Origin: Raillietiella orientalis
Taxonomy: Eukaryota
Direction: 5' to 3'
Length of the DNA stretch: 64,000 nucleotides
Assembly: GCA_036172245.1 (NCBI GenBank)
Contig: JAYWIR010000015.1
Span: forward strand, 868,001 to 932,000
The first letter of the stretch is position 1, and every line of letters begins with the position of its first letter. Made by a program: the position numbers and the translations under genes. The notes under the pieces were generated by a model. That model searched no databases. It was given only the letters and a program-made list of their open reading frames with translations, and was not told where the DNA came from. Positions 50,878-62,465 of the stretch are shown here, piece by piece.

Positions 50878-50915
50878 TATAAAGGCTGGAACGGCCAGCA
50901 GCGCCGGCCAGTGCT
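50878..50915 (+). promoter_or_regulatory. Predicted core promoter: TATA box + initiator
   Basis: TATAAA at 50878-50883 in GC-rich context. CCAGT (arthropod TCAGT-like Inr) has its A at 50910, 32 nt after the first T of the TATA box. Confidence 0.7.
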
Positions 50916-51153
50916 TCGGCGTGGAAAGACCTGTGATCTCCGCAGCGGCGAGGGGCGCACAGTGCTCACACGAGAGGCTCCCGGTTGCCGCGGCAACGTG
51001 CTCTTCTTTCTCCCTTTCCGGAGAGCCCCGAGGGAGAGCCATCCTGCCTCGGAGGGGAACGGGAAAATTTCCGTTTGCTTGCTCCGATTTCCGCTTCCTG
51101 GAGCAGGAGACCCCTTCCCCTCCCGGCAGCTTCCGCGGGGACGTGCACCAGGG
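50910..51153 (+). other. Predicted non-coding exon 1 (5' UTR) of the CBM14 gene
   Basis: ATG-free 244 nt ending at a GG|GTAAGG donor (51154). Matching acceptor gctgac...ccttccAG| at 52238 lies 9 nt before the ATG. Confidence 0.6.
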
Positions 51154-51711
51154 GTAAGGCCCCTGCCGCTCCCCGAGGCGAGAAGAGGGAACCCGGGGGA
51201 GAGTGGAACAGTTCAGGGACGTTCCTCCCCTCCGCTCCCGAACTCCCCATTCCCGCACATCCTTCCCATCACTGCGCGTGCGGAGGGAGAGGAACGTGAT
51301 TCCCGGGTGTCCCGTCGTAGCTCACGTCTTCGTCTCCTCCTCCCCCCCTTTTCCTGCAAGGATGATGACAAACGTTCCCAAGGATAACCCGACCCTTTCC
51401 CCCCTCCTCCCCCTTTCCCCCATTCTCAACTCCAGCCTACGGCAAGGTGCCCTCCTCAGCTCGCGCGCGCTGTCCGCCGGAGCCGCAGGCGGTCGGACGC
51501 TCCTCGGGTGGGGACACGTCTGCGTGCTGCCTTTCCCTCCCCGCCTCCAGCCGCCCACCCCCGCGAGTCCGATCCACACGTTTGGCCGGCGGCGCCCCGA
51601 CGGCTCAGCTAAAGGGAAGAGGGACCCCGATCCGTCGGGATGCTGAGCGACGTCTTCTCCTCCTCCCACATTGGTGGCGGTCGGAGAGGCAGGCAGGCGA
51701 TCCGGCCCTTT

Positions 51712-51749
51712 TGTGTGTGCGTGTGTGTGTGCATGCACGCGCGCGCGTG
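51712..51749. repeat. 38-bp perfect alternating purine-pyrimidine tract (TG/CG microsatellite) in intron 1
   Basis: tgtgtgtgcgtgtgtgtgtgcatgcacgcgcgcgcgtg. Confidence 0.85.
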
Positions 51750-52247
51750 GGGTGTTCGAGAGGGAGGTCGCGGTGACACCCATTGGCCAGACTTTTCAAG
51801 GATGCCCCCATCTCGCGGGATGGCGCGCTGTAAATCTCTCGGCGCCCGAAGCGGCGACCCCCGTCCGGCCGTCGCAGCGTTTCCCCGGGCGAGCGTGCGG
51901 GCAGGGAAGGACGCGCGCGCGCGCGGCTGGCCAGTCGGGCAGGAGAGGGGAAGAAGGGGAGAGAGAGAGAGAGTGTGGAAGACAGGAGAGAGGCTGCTGA
52001 AGCACCGGCGAGGTCACGCGAGCCCCCCCCTTCCCCCCCCTTCTCGCGGAGGGAGCGGCAGCTGGCCGGACAGGCGCTCGCGCGCACGCGAGCAGCGTCC
52101 GACTGTGCGGCCGCGGGAAGGACGGACGAACGCTGCCGCCGATGCCGACGCGTCCACCGGTTCCCGCCGCAACGGAAGAAGCCCGGCCGCCATTCTTCCG
52201 TCCGCCGTCTCTGCTGCTGACTCGTCGGGCCCTTCCAGGTCCTCGGC

Positions 52248-52466
52248 ATGAACCTCGTGGTGGTGCTTGCGGCCGCCCAGCTTAGCTGGGCGCTCCTGGC
52301 TAAGTCCGACATGCCCTACATGTTCCCCTCCGGGATCGAGGACGTCGTCCCGGACTACAAGACGAGCTTCACCTGCGACGAGAGGATCTACGGATACTAC
52401 GCCGATGTGGACAACGACTGCAAGATCTTCCACATATGCATGCCGGTCGCTAATGCCAACGGGAGG
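52248..52466 (+). CDS. Secreted single-domain chitin-binding protein (peritrophin-A/ChtBD2/CBM14; CPAP1-like), coding exon 1 of 2
   Basis: Hydrophobic signal peptide MNLVVVLAAAQLSWALLA, then TSFTCDERIYGYYADVDNDCKIFHIC (typical CBM14 N-half). Phase-0 donor AGG|GTGAGT at 52467; strongly C/G-ending codons. Confidence 0.93.
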
Positions 52467-53027
52467 GTGAGTAGTGCGCCGGGGGATCATGCGGCTCCTC
52501 ACCAGGTCGACGCCTCCCCGAAGAAGAGGGGAGGAGGGGAGGGGAGGGGGGGGTGCAAAGAAGAAACCGGGGCCCATCCGTCTCTCTTTCCGTCCCTCCC
52601 ATTCAATACGGAAGTGGTAGCGGAAGAGCGGGACGCTGAGCGAAAGGGACTGAGAACGTCCCTACTTCCTCCTCCTCCTCTTCCCTTCCAGCTTTCCATG
52701 CGTTTCCTGCGGGTTGAAGCGATACCTAGGGCACGGGGATGAAGGGAACGGTGAACGAGAAGGGAATCAAGGTTACTCCTATGGAACAGGCATCTTCCAG
52801 ACCCATCCGTTCTTTGCGTGGTGGTGAGGGGGTGGAGGGAGAGGAAGATTCCTATCGGAGGAGCAAGGGTGGATGAAGCCATCAAGAATGTACGCTGAAT
52901 GGGTGGGGAAGCGGGTATTGCTGTCCCTCTGGGACACGGGAGGAGGAGGAGGAGGAGGAGAAAGGGTGGAGGAAGTGAGCAGTAGGGAGCGAATTGAGGA
53001 GCGTCGCTAACACGATGGCGCTTCCAG

Positions 53028-53183
53028 ATCGTGGATACCGCTCAGTACAGCTTCTTCTGTCCCAAGCAGACCGTCTTCAACCAGGAGTCCCTGACGTGCT
53101 CCTTCCCGGAATTCTCCCTCCCCTGTGAGCATTCCCAGACTTTCTACGACATCGTGAACACGGAGTTCGGGAGGGTGGACTGA
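53028..53183 (+). CDS. Chitin-binding protein coding exon 2 of 2 (total 124 aa, 6 Cys)
   Basis: Branch point gctaac (53006-53011) and cttccAG acceptor. Reads in frame IVDTAQYSFFCPKQTVFNQESLTCSFPEFSLPCEHSQTFYDIVNTEFGRVD* (SFxCPxxTxFNQxxxxC motif), TGA at 53181-53183. Confidence 0.93.
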   Translation: MVDTAQYSFFCPKQTVFNQESLTCSFPEFSLPCEHSQTFYDIVNTEFGRVD

Positions 53184-53822
53184 GGCCGCTGTTCGCGAAG
53201 GACCCCGCCGATTCCTCGCTCGCCGCTGGCTCTCTCACGGATGGAGGGAAGCGGAAGGAGGAGGAGGACGGACGGACGGATTGGAAGAGGAGAGAAAGAG
53301 AACACGAAAATGCCTGTGGAGACAGTGGGGGAAACGAGGGAGCGGAAGGACGAGGAGGAAGGAGATGCCACCCGCCGCACCCGTCTCGCTGGAGCGCCTC
53401 CGGTAGCCAGCCCCACTCTTCCGGCCCCTTCCTTCTTTTCATTCGAGCATTCGTCCGAGAAGTGGTTCGCTAGATCACGCTGCGAGAGGGCTGGGCCTTC
53501 TGCTCCGCTCCCGGGTATACGAGGAGCCGACCTTTCGCCTCTGCTGCTACTGCTGCTGCTGTGGTGGAGTCCATGGAAGATGTGGATGCCACCTGCTCCC
53601 CTTTCCCTTCCCCCTCTTCCGCGAACCCTCCCCCTCCCTCTTTCTCGAAGACCACGACGGAGGCAGCAGCCCTCTATCGTTTCCAATTCCATCGCCTTCC
53701 GCCATCTGCATCCGTCCGGAGAAGAGAGAGACATAAGGGAGCAAAGGGAACAGAAAAAGCCAAATCTGCAGATGCCCTCCTCTTTTCCCTCTCGCTCTTC
53801 CGCCTCCTCCTTTCGTCCCGAA

Positions 53823-53828
53823 AATAAA
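53823..53828 (+). terminator. Candidate polyadenylation signal
   Basis: First AATAAA downstream of the stop, followed by a T/GT-containing tract, near the end of the GC-rich island. Confidence 0.55.
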
Positions 53829-55152
53829 AGCCAGGGTCCTGCTGTTCTCTTCGTCATCGGAGCGCTTCAATCCCGAGAGCGCACGATCCATTTCACAGAA
53901 AGAGGTCTCGCACAGTGGTCCAGGAGTTTCGAGAACGGAAAAGGAGGGCGAGCTCCTTGTCACCTTTTTTTCCCCCTTCCTCAGCTCTTTTTCCCTCCTT
54001 AACGTCCTCTTCGAAACGCGCTTGCTTGTGCCCACCAGAAAAATATTTATACTATCGCGGTTGAAAGGTGGAAAAGGGAGACTATAGCGAGGGAATTTTG
54101 GTGCACAGGGACACTGGCTGCTTCTGCGAGCAAAAGAGCATCGTTCATTCCTCCTATTTCGCACGGTCTATGTTGCCACTTCCCCCATTCTTGAGTTCCT
54201 GAAGGAGAAGCAAAGCACTCCAGCAACAGAGTTGTCTCTCCATCCCTGTCCTGACAGTGCGGATTGGGGTGGTGATGCTTTCGGAGGCCTCTGTGGAAGC
54301 AGGAGAGCGAGCGAGAAGAGGGTCAAGTTCTTCCACTGAATCCCCCTCTCCCCTCTCCCGAGCGCTATGGGTAAAAGCATCCTCGTCCCACTCTGGCCGA
54401 TTCCCCAGGTTCATTCCTGGGCTTTCCCCGGGACATAGGGAAGCTCGGAACCTCCTCTTGCCTTCAAGAAAAAGCTGCCCATCTGACATGTGTGCCGCGA
54501 AAAGGGAGCAGGTAAGGTCCGGGGAAAATGGCATCGGCATCCATCAAGGGCCAAGGGTCCGAGGTCTTTAGCATCTGGCGAAAGATCCGGACTACATGCA
54601 CCCCCAAACCAGGATAGACCTGTGGATCGTCTTTAGGAACCTGTTCGACACACCTGCTGAGCGGAGGATCAGCTGGGGAGGCGAGCGGGGCCACGGAACC
54701 TTCGACTAGGTGCGGGTCATTCGTCCGGGAAGGAGGAGAAGCGAGCTGCCTTTCACGAATCCAGCGGTGGAAAGCTAGCAGCTCATCTTGTGTGGCCATG
54801 CGCAGTGTCCCTGGGTCTACCTTGATCTCGTCGAAGCAGTGTCCATTTCGTGAAGCTGAGGCTCGAGAGATCGATACAACCTTTCATAAGAACGAGTCGG
54901 CCTTTTTGTTTTTTCTCAGTCGAGCTGGAGGCGAGTCGAGAGAGGCAAAGGGGTAGCTGCACGCTCCGGAGGAAGAAAGAATGACTTTCTTGGATGCAGG
55001 AGGAACCCGCCTTCTTCGTGGACAAGTCACCAGCAAGGTCGCAACAAGTTTTCAGGCTCTGGAATTCGGCGCACGGGTGCAGCGGACCGAACCTTGCGGT
55101 GAAGGTGCACCACCTAGAGGTGCCACGAGCACACGGCCTCAGGAGTCAACAG

Positions 55153-55258
55153 TGGGCATCAGAGGCTTACGTTCTCTCCTGCTCTGATCGCTGGCGGAAG
55201 GAATTTCATTCTGTAGGTGAGCCAGGACGTAGGAAGGAAAGACCTCTTGCTGAAACGA
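55153..55258 (+). repeat. ~106-bp inverted repeat pair with 56220-56326
   Basis: The ~65-bp core ggcggaaggaatttcattctgtaggtgagccaggacgtaggaaggaaagacctcttgctgaaacga is identical in reverse complement; a few differences toward the outer end. Confidence 0.9.
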
Positions 55259-57779
55259 AATGATGAAGATAGCGATGATCATCGATCCCGGGTGCTTTTG
55301 ATCTCTTTGAGTGGGAGACTAAAGCAAGATGGGAGAGTGCTTTACAAGACTGAAGATCTCGTTCTGGTGATTTGCAGCGTTCCATCACCCAGGTGCTCCA
55401 GATGTCTCTTGGACTCGGACAGGGTTTTCGGCAGCCTCCCTGTTGCCGAGAGACGGTTCTGGAGCCCGCGTTTTCCGCAACGGATGGTCCTTCGGAAAGT
55501 TCTAGAAAGAAGAGAATTGTTGCACGGATCAAATGGCAGCAGTCCACCACAGATGGAATGGGATGCTGACGGAGCGAGGATCCAGGCAACCTTTGACATG
55601 GTGGGGTGGCGTCTGAAATTAAGGGAACCACAGGACTCTGCGAGAGTATTGAGTTTCGGCAAACTTTAATACATTGAGCTGAATCTCACTTCATGAGATG
55701 TTTGCCCACTGCTTTATCTTAGAATCGGGAAGAGCAGATGGAAAATGCAGGATGCACGAGATGCCCACCGGATGCAGGATGTTCGATTCCCTCAGCTGGT
55801 ACACTTGATGGAGAGCAATGTTCCAATGACAGTGGACTACAAGAGACATTTCCGTCTTTCACGAACAAATTTCGGCAGGATCCCTAAGCTTTACCTCCGG
55901 ATTTCTGTTTGCCCTTCGACTGAAACTCCCAATCTGTTTTCCCGGACCCTCTACTTCGAGCTTCGGATCTCATGCCTGATGTGCTGTATTAGCAGAGATG
56001 CAGATTAAGCAGAATCTGCGCTTTAAGTCGTCTACTGGATTCTTGCGACGGCAACAAGACCCTCCTCGATCTTTCGTGTTTCCAAACCCCTCAGATCTGA
56101 AGCTTCCAGAAAAATACCTAGTGATGGGGAGGGAAAAAGGAACGAGGAGTCGAAAAAAAAGGATCGAACCATCGCCGCTTTATTTGGAAAAATCGTGTTG
56201 GAAAAATCTCCTTCCAATCTCGTTTCAGCAAGAGGTCTTTCCTTCCTACGTCCTGGCTCACCTACAGAATGAAATTCCTTCCGCCGGCGATCAGAGCAGA
56301 AGAGAACGGTGAGCCTCTGAAGCCCATCGTTTCTCAGGAATGCAGCAGTGGAAAATACCAAGGTCACCACCTTTCGATGGTGCTTCCTGTCCTTACACTG
56401 AGAATTCCAAGGCTGGACAATCCCTTTGTCACTACTGCCAATCCCCCGATCCAACGCACTGTTCCATCACGAGACCCAGTTTGCACCCCTCGACATCTCC
56501 TAAGGTCGAGCTTCTCGTTCCCACGCCACACTGTCGATATGCTGCGTGAAGCTCCCGGCAGTGGCACTCCTTCCACTGTGGTTCATCGAGGCGATTCCGG
56601 TGAGAAAGATGCAAGGGTCGGAAGAGTTTGCAGCGCTCCGCCACTTCCTGTTTGCTAGGTGCTCGGAATCCTTCCAGGAGAAAGAAGAAGAAGGAGGGGG
56701 GAAAAAAGGCAGAAAAGCATGAAAAGGCAATAAAAATAATGAAATCGCCCCTTTCAACTCCGTGGAGCTGTTGAAGAGGCAACGTTCACGATCCGTTTCA
56801 TAATTTCCGTAGGGGGGAAAAAGGCATCGCCTGGGAGAATTTCGTGTGCAGTTTTTGCGTTTTTCCTTTGCTCCTCTCGGACGCTGCAACACTGAGATTT
56901 TTCATTCACTGCTGGTTTTGCAATACTTGCTAATGAGAGGGTGCGAACATGCGATGGGGATGCTTTCTATCATTTCTGCAACATGCACCCGCCTTCTTCA
57001 TCTAGCCCCTAGGAAGAACCTATGGTTTGAAGAGGACTGCCCATAGCTGCCAGTCGGCCAAGAAAAGCGTGCGTACATGACGCGAAAGTACCGGATTTGG
57101 GGACACATCAACTCTTCCCTGATATGCTCCTCCTCACGCCAAGGGACTTTCAACTCTTTCAGCATCTCGTCGCCTTATGGTAATTGCTCGTATTGACGCT
57201 GGCACTCCTCTGGAAGAAAAGAGAATAGCCTGTCCTTGATGTTTGCTTTCCTTGCTGCTTTTGAATTATCCTAAGCTGTTATCCGGAGCTGTGTTGAGCC
57301 TGTCCTTATGTTGTTCTTGCTCTGTGCCACGATAATGCAGCCTAGCTGATTCACTTTATTTTGTCTTCCACAATATCTGCTCTTCTCTTCTTCAGATCAG
57401 TGTGAAGGATGACGGCTGGCTGAAGCTTCCCAGGTAATCAGCAGTAAACCGAGCTTCCTCGAAAGCTTGGTCAGCTAAACCTTATTTAAATTCTCATTCT
57501 CCTCTTTTTCTACCGAGGAAACATCCATGCTGAGGCGAGAACGCACCCATTCCTGCGCCTCTCTTTGCTCGGGTCCACACTCACGTCCACACTCAGTTCA
57601 GTGTGAGTTTTGTTCAGGTTGGGTTGGATTTTCCTGCGTGCACTCGGCATCAAGTCGAGATTATGAGCCATTCGGGATCTCAGTACCTGAAGTATTCGTC
57701 AAGTCCCTAGAAATAATAAATGACTTTATCTCCAGTTTCGAGAAGGAGTGAATTTATTTCCAAGTTTTCGGAATGCAGC

Positions 57780-59230
57780 GGTTAATAAGCCATGCAGCCA
57801 GCAGACCTTCTCAAGCGGTTGCCATTTCAAGCACCAGAGTGGACGCCTTGATATCAGAAGCCGGAATCAGAAGCCCTCACTTCCAGAAACACATTGGAAT
57901 TCAACGAAGAACTGAAGGAGTGCGGAAGGTTCTGCTTTTCTAGTCGACTTTTCAAGGCCTTTTCCAGGTTCTTTACGAATTCGGGAGTTTCAGAGAAGCA
58001 ATCCTCTCTTGAGAGGCTGTTTCAGGAATGTGCACACACATGCACTGGGATCTGCTCCTCATAACTCTGCTCAGATTGTTTGGTGTTCCGATGTGACTCG
58101 ATACTTGCACTTCCGCCTTAATTTATTTCACTTGATCTCATTCGGTGTGTTCTCTTTTATACCACCCAGACAAAGGAGTAAAATACCAAATACGACTTTC
58201 TGTAGCCAACTGAAATGTGTTCACTTTGGATTTGCATATCATCAATCGGATGCTCGAATCATTTGCCTGGATGGCAATTTTTTTTCAAAAAACCAAAACA
58301 GAAACAAAACGTTCTATGAGATGGCTAGAGTGGAACTGAAAGCAGGTGCCAAAATTTGCTTTAAGAACTACCTTACTACTATATCGTGGTCACTTTGGTT
58401 TGGGGATCTCTTATGAATACATACTTAACCACCTTTGCTCATGAGTAGAAGGGACTGAAATTTTCAAGACCCACAAAACTTTGTCCACAGCCATGAGAAT
58501 GCGGCATCGTTTATGCTGAATTTTCTCTTCAAACCACGGCTGACCGGAAGGAAAGAGGACAACAAAAATAATGTCACCTTTAGTTTTCCACATTCACAGT
58601 TGAGGTCAGAACCCACGTTTTCCCGAACTGCTCAAGAACCCAGTTCCTCCGAGTTTTGTATCCCGATCCATCTTCCAACAGCCAATTAATTCATAAACAG
58701 CTGGCACTTTCCTGCTGGACACACGTGTGCATGTATAAACGACTTCAGTATCGACGAATATGCACGTAAGAGTGTTCCATCGCTTTGCCGAATTGTGAAA
58801 GATCGAGAGATGCTCCAAATTTTCACTTCTCACTTTGGTCTCAGCAAAAAGGCCTGAAACAGTTTTCATTTTTCAAACACCACTCCTGTGAGGGAAGGCT
58901 TCAAGTAGAAGCGAGTTTCCCCCAAGAGCTTTCGCTTTCTTTTCAGGTTCCTGCAAGTGTTGCAGACATCTTGGCAGGGTCCACCCACAAGAAAAGTGCT
59001 TTACTCTGGCTATCAGTCTGGAAAAGATCATATTTTTTTTGTCAGGTGAAGAGGAAAGCAAATTAAGATCAAAGGGAGAAATCTCCCTGCGAAAAAGGCA
59101 GTCGAGGAAGAAGAAAAAAGTGCCGTAGAGGCACCTAAGAAAGCCCCGGCAACAGCATCAAGCATAGCCATCAGCTTGCGTGCGGTGCGACTGTTTAATT
59201 GCCTTCCTCGACGTTTGGTTTGCTTCCAAA
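57780..59230 (+). mobile_element. Possible scattered LINE C-terminal remnants
   Basis: STRVDALISEAGI at ~57830 (cf. TSPxxALxxEAG, I-like) and RAVRLFNCLP at ~59180 (cf. RxxRLWNSLP, CR1/L2-like). Probably two separate fragments. Confidence 0.3.
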
Positions 59231-60499
59231 TTCCCATCATGGTGATATGCGTACGTGTGCTACCCGGGGGACACAAAAAAACGCCTGGTCCTTCGCAGAA
59301 ACGGAATCCTCGCTTCCTTTCTGATGGAGTGAACCGAAATTCTGGTGCAAGGAGAGTGGCAGAAAAGGAAAATCTTGCTCTGACGATTCACTGTGGTCTC
59401 ATCATCCTCTTGTGGCAAGACGCACAGAAAGAACGACCAGTGCTGGGGTTTTTGAAACGAGTTCAAAGTTCATATTGAAACGCGTTCTCGTCTTGCTAAA
59501 GGAGCCGCTCTCATGTCAAACTCTTGGATTGATTTCTCCATTCCGAATTTATGACCGAAAATATTTTGGCAGAGAAGAAACGCATTCATTTATCCATAAA
59601 TGATGCAGATTATGCAAACGAGTCACATGTTTCCAAATCTGAATCGTAGCCGGCGGCAAACATGGCTTCTTTCCAGTAACATATAGAGATAGGGTTACTT
59701 TCGATTTCCTTTGTGTATTTCCAATTTCCATTGTATTATTTCCCTTTGTTCTCCAGAAATAACAGAACAGTCAGAGAAATGGTATACACCGTGCCGCATC
59801 ACCCAGCACAAGTAAAACTCTCTGGAATTCTTCAGCACCCAAGGATTCATGGAGAATCCTTGCTCATAGCAGGTTTCCAGACTGCTGTGCTACCAGAGGT
59901 GCTCAGAAGTGCTTCGGGAACAACAAGAAGCCTAAGCGGGTAGCTCCGGAAACCAAGATTGCACCGAGGTGTCCTCATGCCTTCTGCAAGAGGACAGTCG
60001 TAACTCACAGCAAATTGCAGACTTCCAGCAGGGGGACTTTGGAATGGGCGCTTCAATTCCCATGGGTCTGAAGATCAACCCCCAGCTTATAAATATTCAA
60101 AATCTCAGCAAGAGGATGCATTTCTTGGAAAACAAGAGCTCTGGAGATGAGACAACTAGGTGAACCAGGAGTCGGCCGGATCACCTTCCAGCGGATGATC
60201 TGCAAATCTGCGTATGCTCTGACTCCTGCGAACTGAGGAGTTTATCTTGACAGCATCGTTTCCGAACCTTCCTTCGCAGATCGCCAAGTTCATTCAGTTA
60301 TTACTGCTAATTTTATGCCAAGACAATGAATTGAAAAAAAAAAAAAAACAGCATTAGGTTTTTCCAATACAAAAGCAACCAAATCTTACTCCTTATTTCT
60401 GCATAGCAGAGCGTTGCAAAGAGTCATTCATCAGTAAAATGAAAGTAGAGGAACCAACCCTGCAAGACAGCCGGAAGGAGGACTTAGTAACGATGGTTC

Positions 60500-61200
60500 A
60501 ATTCAAAGGTCATTTACCACGAAGTTCAAATGAGTTGTTCACCATAAGAACACGCAGGAATGCTTAAACTTTAGGAAACTCCATGAGTATCTCTTGAACG
60601 CTGAAGCAAAGCACCAGTTAAAGTTGATCATGCAACTCGCGTTGGTCAGCAATGCCCCGAGACTTGAAATAATTTTAGTTCTGTCCTTCGTCCAGGAGCA
60701 GAGCAGCATGGAGAACCGGAAACCAAGGCAGCTCGTGGGTGTCCTCAGCCAAAGAGACACCGATGCAATTTGTGGTGTACAGGGAATAAGCGTTCATTCC
60801 TGGAATCACAATATGATTACGGAAGATGGTTTTGTGAGAATTGAGATGTCTGTCCCAAAGGTTACTCTCTTGAATCGAGTAAACTGCTCCTCCATCCCAG
60901 CTGTTAGAAAGCAGAAAACTGGACTTTCCCTGAGGCGCTGGTAAGAACGGATGGAATGCCCAACGTCCCGCATGACAAATTGTGGAGAAGAGAACGCAAG
61001 TCTCCCGAGGAAGTAGAATTTCTTCCAACCTGCTTTACGAGTCCTCGATTTGTATTGAATTATCTGGAATAAGCCATGCTTTGCAGTCGAACTCGAGTAC
61101 ACTACACTCTCTCGTACAAGGAGGATTCCCATTCGCGAATCGCATCCCCTGCATTTTACGGAGAGGTGGGTCAAAATCCCGGAAGACCTCGAAGAATAAA
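60500..61200 (+). mobile_element. 3' end of a decayed L1/Tx1-like LINE
   Basis: ECP..TNCGEENAS...NFFQP knuckle remnant. Ends gaagacctcgaagAATAAA, similar to gaagacccgaacgataaa at ~4142-4159. Confidence 0.45.
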
Positions 61201-62465
61201 TACAATCACTTTTACATAATATATGAATTAATATATAGGTCAATGCATGCACTAATTGTATTATAAAAAATGAATGTACAAGTTTGTTATGTACATTAAT
61301 ATACATATTTCTATATAGATTAATACACAAATTTATTTAATGCCCATATTCAGTGGTGTTGATTAACATGCATATCGTTAATGGTAATATTATTTTAACA
61401 TTTATTTTAAAATACTCATTAAACACGCACATTATTAAAATATTTCATACCATGTTTATTGTAAATATTTATATAGAGATAAATGTAAAGATGATTATGC
61501 GTTATAAAGATCAGAAAAAATCATACATGTGCATATTTTATGTATTAATTTGTATATTTATACATAAATTCACATAAAGATATATATTCTAAAGATTATA
61601 AAAACAAATATACACGCTTTCCATGCATGCACACATTATATCTATATCGATATACAAATCTATTTTAGCATACATGTTTACTGATATACTTATTAACATA
61701 TATGATTAATATATACATTAAAGATTATAAAAATGAATATATGCGTTTATGATATATATATTAATTTACAAGTTTGCATAAAACAAACATATGTGACATG
61801 AATATATATGAATATGGAATTATAAACACATGTGTTTATCGAATGATTAAAATTTCGAAATTCGTCATTTCCTAAGAAAGTTTGAAATGATAGGAAAAGT
61901 GGAATTGATAGGAAAATCAAACACGAAATTTGCTTTTTCATTTTTTTCCACCGTTTTCGTTGTCACCATTATTTCTTTCATTTTTTCTAAAATTGAAAAC
62001 TTATGAAATTATCTAACATGTATTTGCATTTATTTAAATATGCACTGATATCCGTAATAATCATAATAAACATGTACATTTTTTTTTAAATCTTCACTAT
62101 GTACATTCGTCAATAATTATGTCAATAAATGCGTGTGGTAAAATTAATTTGTACATCAATCTGTATCTTAATTTATATACCAATATACATGTTAATATAT
62201 GTGATAAACATATGTATTAATATTTTCAATATTTAATACATATATTTACATATACATATAACATCAGAAATTATATTAATAAATGTGTGTGTGAAATATG
62301 TGGAAATAAACTTGTATATTAATCTATATATGGAAATGCATATTAATAGAATGGTAAGCATATATGTGTGTATTTGATAATGCTTAAAATCCATACTAAT
62401 CTATGCATTAATCTATATATAAGTTTACATAGTAATATGTACAATATGCACATGCATTTATTTTT
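61200..62465. repeat. Very AT-rich island with internal inverted and direct sub-repeats
   Basis: 61290-61333 is a diverged reverse complement of 62308-62348. 61660-61740 is repeated directly at 62841-62910. Start is homologous to 4190-4310. Confidence 0.75.

Noticed and set aside
52005..52020. AGGTCA nuclear-receptor half-site in intron 1 as an ecdysone-pathway element
   Set aside because: A single hexamer is expected by chance; no properly spaced partner half-site.
52467..52742. C-terminal part of track ORF 52248..52742 (164 aa)
   Set aside because: Read-through into intron 2. A GTGAGT donor at 52467 and the exon at 53028 complete the 6-Cys domain.
50400..54200. Many long overlapping ORFs (150-250 aa) on both strands
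   Set aside because: Expected from stop-codon scarcity in GC-rich DNA; low-complexity Arg/Pro/Gly/Ser translations with no recognisable domain.
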